Positions 48,457 through 59,073 of a DNA stretch of 64,000 nt are shown here, one piece after another (position 1 is the stretch's first letter; each line of letters begins with the position of its first letter). Below the pieces are notes generated by a model. The model was not told where the DNA came from, did not search any database, and saw only the letters and a program-made list of their open reading frames with translations. This stretch comes from Gemmatimonadota bacterium. GTDB taxonomy: Bacteria > Gemmatimonadota > Gemmatimonadetes > Gemmatimonadales > GWC2-71-9. A program made the translations under genes and the position numbers. The DNA is taken from the NCBI GenBank assembly GCA_036679605.1, contig JAZDCZ010000324.1, positions 64,001-128,000 of the forward strand, given 5' to 3'.

Positions 48457-49098
48457 TTGCGAGCCTCTCCAACTCTACGCAACTTCGGAAAAGTGCAGAC
48501 CGATAGAATACACCCATCCATTCCTCTCGCCCTGCTCGAGGCTGTCCGGTTTCTAGACGGCCTGGCTCCCTCCGGCATAGGCAAGTATGGGGATGAGATT
48601 GCTTCTAATCGACTCGGTACCAATCCAACCGTAACCGCTCAAATCGAACGATACCGCCAATTGGAACGGAAGGGAGCGTACGTAGATTGCAATGATGTCG
48701 TTCAGTTGTTCGAGTTAGTGAATCGGAGGAACGACGCTGCTATGACGCTCGGTAATGCTGGACGGTGGGCGGCTCGCAGAGCAACGCGTCGAATCTCACT
48801 TACTGCTCGGGTTCTGCGGCGGGCCGTGCCCGGGCTATTCCGATCTCGTATGGGGTTCGCCGCTGCCAGAAGGCTGGCGGAGAAGGTGTTTGCAATAAAG
48901 ATGGAGCAGGGCAAAGGAGGAGTAGTGGCCGTACGGTACTTCCAGTCGCATGGAGATACGTGCGAGTTTTACGGGGCCGTGCTTGCAGAGCTTATGAGGT
49001 GCTTGACCGATTTCGATGGTGCGATGTTGCACGAAGCCTGCCGCGCACGAGGAGATGATGAGTGCAGGTGGCAAACCGCGACGGACATTAAGAGGTAA
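48457..49098 (+). CDS. Hypothetical protein with C-terminal V4R-like Cys motif
   Basis: 'CEFYG...HEACRARGDDECRW' resembles the V4R CxxxGxxxC motif; start uncertain. Confidence 0.6.
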   Translation: MRASPTLRNFGKVQTDRIHPSIPLALLEAVRFLDGLAPSGIGKYGDEIASNRLGTNPTVTAQIERYRQLERKGAYVDCNDVVQLFELVNRRNDAAMTLGNAGRWAARRATRRISLTARVLRRAVPGLFRSRMGFAAARRLAEKVFAIKMEQGKGGVVAVRYFQSHGDTCEFYGAVLAELMRCLTDFDGAMLHEACRARGDDECRWQTATDIKR

Positions 49099-49101
49099 TC
49101 A

Positions 49102-50274
49102 ATGAACAATCTGGATCGAATCGATCCTGCGGTGCTGACGCAGGTGCTAGCCGAGACGGGGGCGGACGGATGGTTGCTCTACGACTTCCACGGTGTGAAT
49201 CCCGTGGTGCAGCGGGTGGTCGGGTACGATGGGATGGTTACTAGGCGAGTCTTCGTGTGGCTACCATCGCAGAGTTCACCGATCGCTATAGTCCACTCTA
49301 TAGACGCTGGAGCGATCGCTGGCTTCCCGGGTGAGATCGTCACCTATACAAAGTGGCAAGAGCTGCATCGAGAACTGGAAATCGTAGTAGCCGGTAAGCG
49401 GGTGGCCATGGAGGTATCACCGAAAAACGAGGTGCCGTATCTCGACAGGGTTCCACAGGGCGTAGTACAGCTCCTTAGCGAATTCGGGACAGAAGTGGTG
49501 CCGTCCGATCAATTGGTGACGAATTTTGCAGCTACGTGGACGGACAGAGAACTCGACGCTCACCGCACGGCAGGGGAGACAGTGGCCGAGGTTGCTCGAT
49601 CGATTCTAGCCTCTGCAGTTTGCGAAGCGGATCGGATCAATGAGCTAGACATCCAGGAACTGGTTCTGGAGCAGTTTGCCCATGCGGGTCTCGACGTAGA
49701 GGATCCTCCGATCGTTGCCTTTGGTGCCAACGCGGCCGATCCTCACCACAACACGGCTCGAAGCGGAAATAGGGTCTTGCGTCACGAAGAGGTAGTTCTA
49801 CTCGACCTGTGGGCGAGGGGTGGGGGATGTGCTTGGGCGGATCAAACATGGATGGGTTTTTCCGGCGATCAGGTACCCGAAAACGTCCTTGACGTTTGGG
49901 AGGCTGTGCGCGATGCAAGAGACGCAGTCGTCGACAAGTTGAGGGTCGCGTGGTCCGCAGGCGACGTGGTCACGGGTGCCATGTTGGATGGAGCGGCGCG
50001 CAACCTGTTGGAAGACCGCGGGTATGGTGCGGATTTCGTCCACCGGACAGGTCACTCGATCGACAACGACTTGCATGGGTCCGGTCCGCACCTCGACGAC
50101 TTTGAGACTCACGATGTAAGGCGCTTGGTCCCTGGAATAGTCTTCTCGGTCGAGCCGGGCGTTTACCTGTCAGGGCGCTTCGGTGTGCGCAGCGAAATCA
50201 ACATCATAATGGGAGAACATGGTCCTGACGTGACACCGCAGCAACCTCAAACTCAGCTAATTCTTCCCAAGTAG
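49102..50274 (+). CDS. M24 family (Xaa-Pro) aminopeptidase
   Basis: 'ADPHH', 'LLDLW', 'ADQTW', 'HRTGHSI', 'FSVEPGVY', 'GVRSE'. Confidence 0.9.
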   Translation: MNNLDRIDPAVLTQVLAETGADGWLLYDFHGVNPVVQRVVGYDGMVTRRVFVWLPSQSSPIAIVHSIDAGAIAGFPGEIVTYTKWQELHRELEIVVAGKRVAMEVSPKNEVPYLDRVPQGVVQLLSEFGTEVVPSDQLVTNFAATWTDRELDAHRTAGETVAEVARSILASAVCEADRINELDIQELVLEQFAHAGLDVEDPPIVAFGANAADPHHNTARSGNRVLRHEEVVLLDLWARGGGCAWADQTWMGFSGDQVPENVLDVWEAVRDARDAVVDKLRVAWSAGDVVTGAMLDGAARNLLEDRGYGADFVHRTGHSIDNDLHGSGPHLDDFETHDVRRLVPGIVFSVEPGVYLSGRFGVRSEINIIMGEHGPDVTPQQPQTQLILPK

Positions 50275-50284
50275 TTCCTCCGAG

Positions 50285-51220
50285 CTAGGCAGCCAATTGC
50301 TCGGCATGATGACTGCCGGCTGTGTCGCTGGTGCCAGATGCCGTCCAGGTAAGGTGAATCAAGGCAACCCAGAGCGCGGTGCCGAAAATGACGTGCAGTG
50401 AACGCCCAAGTGCTGGAAGACCTGTCAAGACCATAATGGCCGCGACGATCACCTGGACTATCGTCAGTACGAACGCGACTTGCGTTGCAATGCGAATTGG
50501 CGCGGGAGTAGAACTCCGCCGCGTTCGAAATGCGAGTCTCGTCATGTGGAGCAGGAGGCCGTAGGCAACCAGTCGATGGATCCAGTGAATCATTGGTAAA
50601 CCACTGGCAGCTCCTGTGGGCCAGATCTGGCCACTGCAAAGTGGGAAACCTTGGCATGCGGATCCGGCTCCGGTGTTAGCGGTGACTGCACCGAGAATGA
50701 GCACGCCGGCGCCCATTGCCGCCGAGGCAATGGCCGCTCTAAGGAATTGGGTTGGCTGTGCGTCGTGGGCTTGCTCCAGCGTTGCCGCTCGAAACGCTGC
50801 AACTGAAAGCACGGCTAGCAGCGCCATGGCGTTCCCCAGGTGTGTAGCGGTCACGGCCCACGGTAAATTGTTCCACACCGTCACCGCGCCGAGCAGTATT
50901 TGAGCGACGAGAAGTGCGCATGCGACGGTTGCCGGTCTGAGTATGCCGCCCTTGCCCCCCACTCCGGACTCCTGCCGTTGCAAGAAGGCTAAGCCTGCCA
51001 GAAGGAAGACCAGAACGCTTACTGCAGCGGCTGCTAGCCTGTGGCCCCATTCGATCATGACCTCCGCGTTGTCGAGTGGCGGGATCAAGTGACCGTTACA
51101 AAGGGGCCAATGTTCGCCGCATCCCAAGCCAGAATCTGTGATCCGGACGATGGGCGAAAGCGCGACCAAGGCAAAGGCCATGATCGCCGTCGTAATGGCA
51201 AGAGGTTTGAGAGTCTTCAT
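50285..51220 (-). CDS. ctaA: Haem A synthase (COX15/CtaA)
   Basis: 'SGLGCGEHWPLCNG', 'EWGHR', second Cys pair 'CQGFPLC', 'HWIHR'. Confidence 0.88.
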   Translation of the reverse strand: MKTLKPLAITTAIMAFALVALSPIVRITDSGLGCGEHWPLCNGHLIPPLDNAEVMIEWGHRLAAAAVSVLVFLLAGLAFLQRQESGVGGKGGILRPATVACALLVAQILLGAVTVWNNLPWAVTATHLGNAMALLAVLSVAAFRAATLEQAHDAQPTQFLRAAIASAAMGAGVLILGAVTANTGAGSACQGFPLCSGQIWPTGAASGLPMIHWIHRLVAYGLLLHMTRLAFRTRRSSTPAPIRIATQVAFVLTIVQVIVAAIMVLTGLPALGRSLHVIFGTALWVALIHLTWTASGTSDTAGSHHAEQLAA

Positions 51221-51232
51221 CAAGTCGTTGGG

Positions 51233-52651
51233 TTATCGCAAGAAGAATCCGAAGACAAGAAACAACATTGCTGCACTGCCTGCCGCGATGAGCGCATAAG
51301 GTAACTGCGTGCGGACGTGATCGATGTGATCTGTGGCCGATGCCATCGATGCGACGATAGTGCTGTCAGAAATCGGTGAGCAATGGTCGCCGAAAATTCC
51401 ACCTCCCAACGCAGCTGCCACCATGAGCCCTGGATGCAAATGCAATAGAGTTATCATGGGCATGACGATCGGAATCATTATGGCAAAGGTGCCCCACGAC
51501 GTTCCAGTAGAAAATGCGATGAAGCAGCCGAGCAAGAATATGATTACCGGTACAAGTCCAGGGTGGAGAGTGGCTTGCGCCGCTTGGGCTACGAATACGC
51601 CGGTTCCCAAGGCCCGTGTGGTTTCGCCGATCGCGAACGCGAGAGACAGTACGATCACAAGTGGAATCAGTCCTTGAACGCCCTTGATCACGTTCTCACT
51701 CAGATCCTTGATCGTCATGACGCCCTGTATCATGTATAGCACCGAGGCGGCCAGGAGTCCGACTATCACTCCCCACATCACTGCCTTGGATCCGCTTCCA
51801 GCCATGATGCTGCCGTTTCCAGTCATCCAGAGGACCAGCGGGACGGTAGCGACCATTACCGCGATCGGAGCTACCATGTTGATGGCTCTTTTCGGCACCT
51901 CTTGTTTGGGTTGAATCATTGCGACATCCGCTGACACGAGCGGCTGGGCACCGTCGCGCAGAAATTTGCCTTCTTCGGTCACTCTGCGCTCGGCCTCTTT
52001 CATTGGTCCGATGTTCCAGCCGGTCAATATGACCACGAAAGCCAATATGATGGCAATGATGGAGTAGAAGTTGAGCGGCAATGCTGAGACAACCAGGGCG
52101 ATGGGATTCGCTACATCCTGAGCTGCGAGAAGACTGATTACGTACGCCCCCCATGCATTCAACGGAATCAGAATGCACTTGGGAGAGCATGTAGCATCGA
52201 TGATGTAGCTAAGTTTTTCCCGTGATATGCGGCACTTGTCGAACAGCGGCCGTGCAACTGACCCTGAAACCAGAAGACCGAAGTTGGATTCGAGAAACAC
52301 ACTGAGACTTACAAACGCCGCGATCAAACCCACGGAACGCTTCGAATTGGCAAAGCCTTTGCGCTCTACCCACCGGATGAAGCCCTCCATACCACCCGAC
52401 GCCTGTGTAAATGTGATCATTGCCCCAATCAACGCGCTGAATAAAAGGATGCGCGCGTTATCTGGTTCGGTGACCTTGGCAACAAATACGTCGACTGAGC
52501 GAATCAATCCGTCTACAGGGTTTCCTGAACTCATGATTGTCCATCCCATCCACACGAACAGGGCTAGGGACAGGTAGACCTGTTTTGTCTTGATCGCCAA
52601 CGCAATCGCGACGATGGGAGGGATGATCGAGAGCCATCCGTATGTGTCCAT
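51233..52651 (-). CDS. Na+/H+ antiporter NhaC family transporter
   Basis: 'SREKLSYIID', 'FSTGTSWGTF', 'GDHCSPISD', 'HVRTQLPY'. Confidence 0.88.
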   Translation of the reverse strand: MDTYGWLSIIPPIVAIALAIKTKQVYLSLALFVWMGWTIMSSGNPVDGLIRSVDVFVAKVTEPDNARILLFSALIGAMITFTQASGGMEGFIRWVERKGFANSKRSVGLIAAFVSLSVFLESNFGLLVSGSVARPLFDKCRISREKLSYIIDATCSPKCILIPLNAWGAYVISLLAAQDVANPIALVVSALPLNFYSIIAIILAFVVILTGWNIGPMKEAERRVTEEGKFLRDGAQPLVSADVAMIQPKQEVPKRAINMVAPIAVMVATVPLVLWMTGNGSIMAGSGSKAVMWGVIVGLLAASVLYMIQGVMTIKDLSENVIKGVQGLIPLVIVLSLAFAIGETTRALGTGVFVAQAAQATLHPGLVPVIIFLLGCFIAFSTGTSWGTFAIMIPIVMPMITLLHLHPGLMVAAALGGGIFGDHCSPISDSTIVASMASATDHIDHVRTQLPYALIAAGSAAMLFLVFGFFLR

Positions 52652-52889
52652 GGTCCCACCTATCGATGGAGATGATCACTTGCGCACGATCTTGTGGCGT
52701 GTCCGAAGCAAGGTACAGGTAGCCTTCCTCTGGGCCAATACAGGGAACTCTGCGCCCCGCCTAGTGAAGCGACCACTGGGGTAGTAGCGCGAATTGAAAT
52801 TCGGCCCGCCCAAGATCTCGGTGCGACATGCGAATCACCAGTGAATGGACTGGGATTGTTTGGTGAGCCGAGTGGGTTCGACTGTCCGC

Positions 52890-53972
52890 CTACGTGTGGG
52901 CCCGCTTGAGGAGCCAGCCGCCAGCCAGTCCAAACAGAATATTGGGAGCCCAGGCCGCCCAAACGGGTGGCAGGAGACCCCCACCTCCAATTGCCCGCGA
53001 CATCTGCATCAAGACCAGGAACACCAGGGTGGTTCCTAGTGCCAGAGCCACGCCGAAGGCGCCGCTGGCACGAGGACTACTTATGGCGAGTGGTGCCCCG
53101 AATATCGCGATGATAATACATGTGAAGGGAACTGATATTTTGAGAGCTTGGTCAACTGTCAACTGCCTACCGTCGCCACCGGAGCGTTCGAGAGCCTCTA
53201 TGTACCGGCCGAGTTCGGCGTAGGTCATTTCTTCCGGTTTCTTGGGTTCGACAAGGAGGTCGGCGGGTGTTTCTGTGAGATTGCGAAGTCTCAAGGAGTC
53301 GAAGGTGAGCGCGACCTCCTCGGCCGATGTGGCCAGGATCCGCATCCGACCCTTTCCCAATGTCCAGTGAGCAGTCGAGTCGTCGTAGTACCCAATGCCT
53401 GCTTGCACTGCCAGCGTTGGGTAGTCCACGCCGGTTCCTTCCCGTTCCAACACCAAGTTGTACATCTGGTTCTGCTGGACGTTAAGAGACCGTATTGAAT
53501 ACACCCAGCCCCGTTCCGCTCGGTAGACAAAGTTTTGGCGAGAGCTAGTTGACCTTGTTTCTAGTTCACCGTGCAGCTCGAGCTGCCTCCTTGTAGAGCT
53601 GGGTGCCAGTTCACCAATGGCTATGCCGGCTATCGTAGCGAACATCGCGGCCACCACGATGGGAACCACCGTCCTCTGGAAACTCCGGCCCGACGCCTTT
53701 GCCGCTGTGAGTTCCGAGTGACGGTTCATTGATCCCAAGCTGAATACCGTGGCGAACAGCACTGCCGCTGGCAGAACCAGAAAGAGCTTGTCAGGAAGGC
53801 CGAACAGATACCCCAATGCGATATTCCCTGGCGTGACTCCTCTTGCTAGATGGTTGCTCAGATTGTCGGTGAGTTCCAAGAGAATGACGATGACGGGGAA
53901 ACCGATGGTCGTGAACGTAAAGATCTTGATCCATTCCTCTAGGAGGTAGCGGTCAAGTATCCGTGAGATCAT
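52890..53972 (-). CDS. lptG: LptF/LptG family permease (LptG-like)
   Basis: 'ILDRYL', 'SELTAAKASG', 'AAWAPNILF'; ATGA overlap with lptF. Confidence 0.82.
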   Translation of the reverse strand: MISRILDRYLLEEWIKIFTFTTIGFPVIVILLELTDNLSNHLARGVTPGNIALGYLFGLPDKLFLVLPAAVLFATVFSLGSMNRHSELTAAKASGRSFQRTVVPIVVAAMFATIAGIAIGELAPSSTRRQLELHGELETRSTSSRQNFVYRAERGWVYSIRSLNVQQNQMYNLVLEREGTGVDYPTLAVQAGIGYYDDSTAHWTLGKGRMRILATSAEEVALTFDSLRLRNLTETPADLLVEPKKPEEMTYAELGRYIEALERSGGDGRQLTVDQALKISVPFTCIIIAIFGAPLAISSPRASGAFGVALALGTTLVFLVLMQMSRAIGGGGLLPPVWAAWAPNILFGLAGGWLLKRAHT

Positions 53973-55435
53973 TGTTTGCTGGGAGTCGGAGCGATCCCTT
54001 GGCGTTGCCTGCCGCGCCGAAAACCACCAGGCGCGTTGATCCCCTGCCGGGAAATTCGCCAGAGGGCGAGCACGCCCAAGAGACTGAATGCCATGTTTGG
54101 AAGCCACATGGCGAGGGAGGCAGGGATCTTGAGTTGGTTGGCCAGCGATTCACCTCCGATGAGACCGATGTAGTATATGCCGAAAACTGCCATGCCAACC
54201 CCGATCACCATTCCGAGGCCGCTGTGGGGGAACTTCAACGCGACTGGAACTCCGACCAGCACGAACACAACGCACGCTGCCGGAATGGAGTACTTCTTGT
54301 GCATCTCGACCAAGTAGACGGCTGCCCTAACCCGTGCTCCCCGCGCGCGCTCTGTTTGAATGCGAGACTCGCTCATACTCTGGCGTGGCCGGGCATCCAG
54401 GTAGAGCCTGCTATTCGGAGATCTTGCAGCCGCGTCCGGTCGCTGCTGGGCCTGTTCGGCTTCCAGTTTTGCAGGCAAGAAGCTTGCGCGCATCCTGCAA
54501 TAGAAGCTCTCACGAGGTCGAGGAATGATGGTGTCGGCCTCGATTGCGGAGAGTCCTACCAGTGCGCGTAGTCCGTTCAATTCGATGGTACGGGCTCGCT
54601 CCGCGGCGAGCCATTCATTCCGGCGAGCAGTGCGGGACACATCCTCTAACTCACATACTCCCAGCTCGCGATCCCCATGGAAGCTGTCGCCTTGTCGGCG
54701 AACGAATTCACTGCCCACTCCGGCGAGCGATATCAGATAGCGTTCGTAGTAGGTACGCTGGAATAGCGCGGGGTTCTTCCGATCGAAATCGTGTATGGAC
54801 CCACTGAACAAGATGAGTTGCAGGTCCTCGTGATTGGGCGCAAAGGCCATTCGCCCGCTGTCCGCGTAGACGATGCTGGTGCTGTTAAGGTTGGTGACCC
54901 GGTAAATCGTTACGTCCTGCATCTCATAGGTAGCCTCATCAATCTGCGCGGCCCTCAAGAACACTCTTCCGTGCTGGACTTCGTTTATGACGTGTTCCTT
55001 CAGAGAGAACGTCGGCTTCGTGCGACCGATGTCTGTCATCAACACTCGAAGTTTGTGATTCGTGCGCGGCAAAACTTGATCGCCGAAGGCAAAGGCGACT
55101 AAGCTCACAAGGGCGGCCGCGAATAGCACTGGCCGCACCAGTCGGATCAGGGAGATACCGCCCGCTCGAAATGCGGTAATCTCACTGTCGTTTGCGAGTC
55201 GGCTGAACGTGTGCAAGACTGCAAGGAGAACGGACATGGACAATGTCATCGCGATTAGATAGGGCAAAGTGAGCGCAAAGAACTCCGCGATGACGGTCCA
55301 ATGGAGGCCCTTACCAACTAGTTGGGGCAACCGCCGGGCTATCTGGTTCAGCAACATGAATCCCGTGAGTGCCAGCAAAGAGAACACAAACGGGGCAGCG
55401 TGCTGTTTGAGGAGGTAGCGGCTCAGTATGCGCAT
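53969..55435 (-). CDS. lptF: LptF/LptG family permease (LptF-like)
   Basis: 'ILSRYLLK', 'SEITAFRAGGIS', 'EMHKKYSIP', 'AMWLPN'. Confidence 0.82.
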   Translation of the reverse strand: MRILSRYLLKQHAAPFVFSLLALTGFMLLNQIARRLPQLVGKGLHWTVIAEFFALTLPYLIAMTLSMSVLLAVLHTFSRLANDSEITAFRAGGISLIRLVRPVLFAAALVSLVAFAFGDQVLPRTNHKLRVLMTDIGRTKPTFSLKEHVINEVQHGRVFLRAAQIDEATYEMQDVTIYRVTNLNSTSIVYADSGRMAFAPNHEDLQLILFSGSIHDFDRKNPALFQRTYYERYLISLAGVGSEFVRRQGDSFHGDRELGVCELEDVSRTARRNEWLAAERARTIELNGLRALVGLSAIEADTIIPRPRESFYCRMRASFLPAKLEAEQAQQRPDAAARSPNSRLYLDARPRQSMSESRIQTERARGARVRAAVYLVEMHKKYSIPAACVVFVLVGVPVALKFPHSGLGMVIGVGMAVFGIYYIGLIGGESLANQLKIPASLAMWLPNMAFSLLGVLALWRISRQGINAPGGFRRGRQRQGIAPTPSKQ

Positions 55436-55661
55436 CAAATAGTGTAACTTTCTAATTCATAATCGCTTTGGATGGACCATTATATTCCGGTGGCACACCT
55501 CATACAAGACGTACACCGTTCCAAGCTCGAAGTGTCCGCTGGAGGAGACCTCCGGAAGACAGCTCATTGTCGCGCCGGCCCGGCGCCGGCTTCGTATCTA
55601 GCTATGTTGTAAATGCCCTACCGCTCATCAGACAATGAAACTTTTAGCCGGTGAGGATTGG

Positions 55662-56567
55662 ATGAAGGTGCGGACCACACTGATACTCATGGCGTTCTTG
55701 GGATGCAGTGTCGGCGCGAGCGCCGGACAGGAGTTCGATGGCGCCGCAGCATACCAATATGTGAAAGCGCAGGTAGAATTCGGTCCTAGGATCCCTAACA
55801 CGGAGGGCCATCGCCGCACCGGCGACTGGATATTGCAACATCTGCGAGACACAGCCGACTCAGTGGAAGAGCAATCGTTCGAGCACGTAACGCAGGATGG
55901 AGACACGCTCGAGCTGAGAAACCTGATCGGCAAGTTTCGACCGGAGATGACCGAGAGAGTGCTCTACGTTGCTCACTGGGATTCACGACCCAAGGCAGAT
56001 CAGAGCGCTAACCTAGGGGATCAGCAACGACCGCTCCCCGGTGCTAATGACGGCGCATCCGGAGTCGCAGTGCTGCTGGGAGTCGCGGACGTGCTGGCTC
56101 GAATCCCTCCGACCTTCGGGGTAGATCTGGTGATGGTCGACGGGGAAGACTTCGGCGACTTTGGGCAAGGAATCGACGTGTTGCTTGGGGCTCGCTACTA
56201 CGCGCGGCACCTGGACCCAGCCCAGCCGAAGCCGCTGTTTGCAGTCGTTTTCGATATGGTTGGAGACGCTGATTTGACATTTGTTCAGGAATCAGGTTCG
56301 ATGGCGAGAGCCCCGGAGGTGGTGGAGCGGGTCTGGTCAACCGCTTCGCGACTCGGCTATGGCCGGATCTTTCGATCGCAGAGAGGAGGGCCCATCACCG
56401 ACGATCATATACCGCTATTGGACGCCGGTATTCGCGCTATTGACGTGATAGACTTCGACTACGGGCCGAACAACAGCTATTGGCATACCGTAGATGATAC
56501 GCCGGACAAGGTGAGCGCCGAATCGCTTCAGGCGGTTGGTGATGTGGCAATCGCACTAGTTAGGTAG
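55662..56567 (+). CDS. M28 family peptidase / glutaminyl cyclase-like protein
   Basis: 'QVEFGPRIPNT', 'AHWDSRP', 'GANDGASG', 'DGED', 'DDHIP', 'WHT'. Confidence 0.85.
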   Translation: MKVRTTLILMAFLGCSVGASAGQEFDGAAAYQYVKAQVEFGPRIPNTEGHRRTGDWILQHLRDTADSVEEQSFEHVTQDGDTLELRNLIGKFRPEMTERVLYVAHWDSRPKADQSANLGDQQRPLPGANDGASGVAVLLGVADVLARIPPTFGVDLVMVDGEDFGDFGQGIDVLLGARYYARHLDPAQPKPLFAVVFDMVGDADLTFVQESGSMARAPEVVERVWSTASRLGYGRIFRSQRGGPITDDHIPLLDAGIRAIDVIDFDYGPNNSYWHTVDDTPDKVSAESLQAVGDVAIALVR

Positions 56568-56660
56568 CTCTCGGCCCTGAGAAGACCAATCCGCAACTTC
56601 CAGTACCGCCTGGCGTAGGAATGGTGTGGCATCCAAGGTCTTGAGGCGACATGATCGCGC

Positions 56661-57281
56661 ATGGCAACCCGTGACGATCGAAGAGCCGGCGTAGTGCTAT
56701 TGAGTCTAGCTGCCACGGGCTTGGTGCTGCGATTGATTCTGGGTGGGGGGAGTGCTCCCGGGGCCGTTCTGTATCGGGCAACGAACACCAATCGTCCCAG
56801 TCATGACAGTGTTGCAGCTCGGTCGGCCCGGCTAGCCCGGCCAGTAGTCAAGGGCGAAAAGATCGACGTAGATCGGGTTGCGGCGGGAGAACTGGTTCGC
56901 TTGCCGCGAATAGGACCCACTCTGGCCGCCAGAATAGTGGCCGACCGAGACTCTCGTGGTCCTTTTGGGACGCTAGCACAACTGGACCGCGTGACCGGGG
57001 TCGGCCCAGCCCTGCTAGCTATGATAGAACCGTATGTGGTTTTTTCCGGCCGGCCGCGGCCGCGCAATCGATCCATAGAGGATCCAGTGCGCGTGAGGCT
57101 CAACTCCGCTACGGCAGAGGACTTGGCCCAATTGCCGGGTATCGGCGCAACCCGAGCGAGGGCCATAGTCGAAGACCGTGCGGTACGCGGTCCATACCGT
57201 TCGGTAGAAGATCTGACGAGAGTGAAGGGAATTGGTATGACTACAATGGAGCGGCTCCGCAAGCTGGTCATCGTGCCTTGA
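56661..57281 (+). CDS. comEA: ComEA family DNA-binding protein with two HhH modules
   Basis: N-terminal TM; 'LPRIGP..A..IV..R...GPF' and 'LNSATAEDLAQLPGIG' modules. Confidence 0.82.
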   Translation: MATRDDRRAGVVLLSLAATGLVLRLILGGGSAPGAVLYRATNTNRPSHDSVAARSARLARPVVKGEKIDVDRVAAGELVRLPRIGPTLAARIVADRDSRGPFGTLAQLDRVTGVGPALLAMIEPYVVFSGRPRPRNRSIEDPVRVRLNSATAEDLAQLPGIGATRARAIVEDRAVRGPYRSVEDLTRVKGIGMTTMERLRKLVIVP

Positions 57282-57305
57282 CACCTGTTTTACCGCCCGT
57301 ACTTT
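57278..57305 (+). promoter_or_regulatory. Putative sigma70 promoter for pilBTC
   Basis: TTGACA-16 nt-TACTTT, about 60 nt upstream of pilB. Confidence 0.45.
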
Positions 57306-57362
57306 ACCCCTTGGGTTCAAACGAGTTAACAAAACTTTCCACCGGTTCCTACCAGGGCTGTA

Positions 57363-59069
57363 ATGGCAACAGCTGCGGCTAGCAGTGAGCGCCTCGGCGA
57401 TCTTCTTGTTCGTGAAGGCCTGATTACGAGAGAACAGCTCCAACAGGCGCTCACAGAGCAGAAGGGCACCGGCATGCGCGTGGGCTACACGTTGGTGAAG
57501 CTGGGTCTTGTTGAAGAGACCGAGATCACCAAGATGTTGGCTCGCCAGTACCGCATGCCTGCTGTAGACTTGAGCCGCTTTGAGGTAGACAAGCGGATCA
57601 TCAAGATGGTTCCTACCGAAGTAGCGGTGAAGCACACGGTGCTGCCGTTGAAGCGTGAAGGTCGGACGCTCACTGTGGCTATGTCCGATCCTACCAACAT
57701 GAGTGTTGTAGACGACCTCAAATTCATCACGCGGTACGACATATTTCCGGTGATCGCAGGGGAGTACACGCTCAGGACAGCCATCGAGAAATACTACGAG
57801 CAGACGGACGCTCAGCTACAAAACCTTCTGAAAGATATTGAGGAAGATGAAGATCTCGAAGTAATCGAGGAAGAAGAAGACGAGGAGGCACCGACCCAGG
57901 TTGCCGACGATGCACCTGTTGTAAAGTTGATCAACGGAATCTTGACAGATGCTGTAAAGCGCGGGGCTAGCGACATACACGTCGAACCGTTCGAGAGCGA
58001 AATCCGAGTGCGATATCGGATCGACGGAACCCTACTCGAAGTCATGAAGCCTCCGATCAAGCTGAAAGCCGCTTTGACGAGCCGCTTGAAAATCATGTCT
58101 TCCCTCAACATTGCCGAACGGCGGGTTCCGCAAGACGGTCGGATCAAGCTAAAGATGGCAAAAAAGGTCATCGACTTTCGTGTCTCGACACTACCAGTGA
58201 TCTACGGCGAGAAAATCGTTCTACGAATCCTCGATAAGGGCAACCTTACGCTCGATTTATCCAAGTTCGGATTCGAACCGCAGGCCGAGAAAGATCTAAT
58301 GACTGCCATCCTCAACCCCTACGGGATGGTGTTGGTGACTGGACCCACTGGGTCGGGAAAGACCACTACTCTCTATTCGGCTCTGTCGCAGGTAAACCAG
58401 ATAGGCGTAAATATCATGACTGCCGAGGACCCGGTGGAGTACAATATCCACGGGATCAACCAAGTCATGGTCAGAAACGATATCGGAATGACCTTTGCTG
58501 CGGCGCTGAAGGCTTTCCTGCGACAGGATCCAAACATCATTATGGTTGGTGAGATCAGAGACCTGGAAACCGGGAGCATCGCAATTAAAGCAGCACTGAC
58601 TGGCCACTTGGTACTATCTACTCTGCACACCAACGATGCTCCTTCAACTATCACGCGAATGATCGATATGGGAATTGAGGCGTTCAACGTTGCGAGTGCC
58701 GTAAATCTGATCGTGGCCCAGCGTTTGATCCGCCGTATTTGCGCTGACTGTAAGGAGGAGTATCAGTACAGTGATGATGAACTGGATGCATTGGGTGTAG
58801 ATTTGGATGAAGCAAAGGAGATTACCTTCTTCAAGGGTGCAGGGTGCGATACTTGTGACGACACTGGTTATAAGGGGCGCCAAGGACTGTACGAGGTGAT
58901 GTTCATGTCACCGGCGGTGCGGCGCTTGGTTTTGAAGGGGGCCTCCACAGCAGATATCCAAGAGCAAGCGGTTTCTGACGGGATGCTTACCTTGCGGATG
59001 GATGGCATCGTCAAAGTAAAAAAGGGTGTTACGACGATAGAAGAAGTAGTGAAAGAAACGGCGGGATGA
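57363..59069 (+). CDS. pilB: Type IV-A pilus assembly ATPase PilB
   Basis: MshEN-like N-terminus, GPTGSGKTT, 'LRQDP..IMVGEIRD', His box, Cys tetrad. Confidence 0.95.
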   Translation: MATAAASSERLGDLLVREGLITREQLQQALTEQKGTGMRVGYTLVKLGLVEETEITKMLARQYRMPAVDLSRFEVDKRIIKMVPTEVAVKHTVLPLKREGRTLTVAMSDPTNMSVVDDLKFITRYDIFPVIAGEYTLRTAIEKYYEQTDAQLQNLLKDIEEDEDLEVIEEEEDEEAPTQVADDAPVVKLINGILTDAVKRGASDIHVEPFESEIRVRYRIDGTLLEVMKPPIKLKAALTSRLKIMSSLNIAERRVPQDGRIKLKMAKKVIDFRVSTLPVIYGEKIVLRILDKGNLTLDLSKFGFEPQAEKDLMTAILNPYGMVLVTGPTGSGKTTTLYSALSQVNQIGVNIMTAEDPVEYNIHGINQVMVRNDIGMTFAAALKAFLRQDPNIIMVGEIRDLETGSIAIKAALTGHLVLSTLHTNDAPSTITRMIDMGIEAFNVASAVNLIVAQRLIRRICADCKEEYQYSDDELDALGVDLDEAKEITFFKGAGCDTCDDTGYKGRQGLYEVMFMSPAVRRLVLKGASTADIQEQAVSDGMLTLRMDGIVKVKKGVTTIEEVVKETAG

Positions 59070-59073
59070 GACC

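Noticed and set aside
52652..52889. 238-nt leader upstream of the NhaC-family transporter as a possible lysine or glycine riboswitch; also a GGTTCGA T-loop-like string near 52875
   Set aside because: No riboswitch consensus motifs recognised, and no cloverleaf or acceptor stem for a tRNA.
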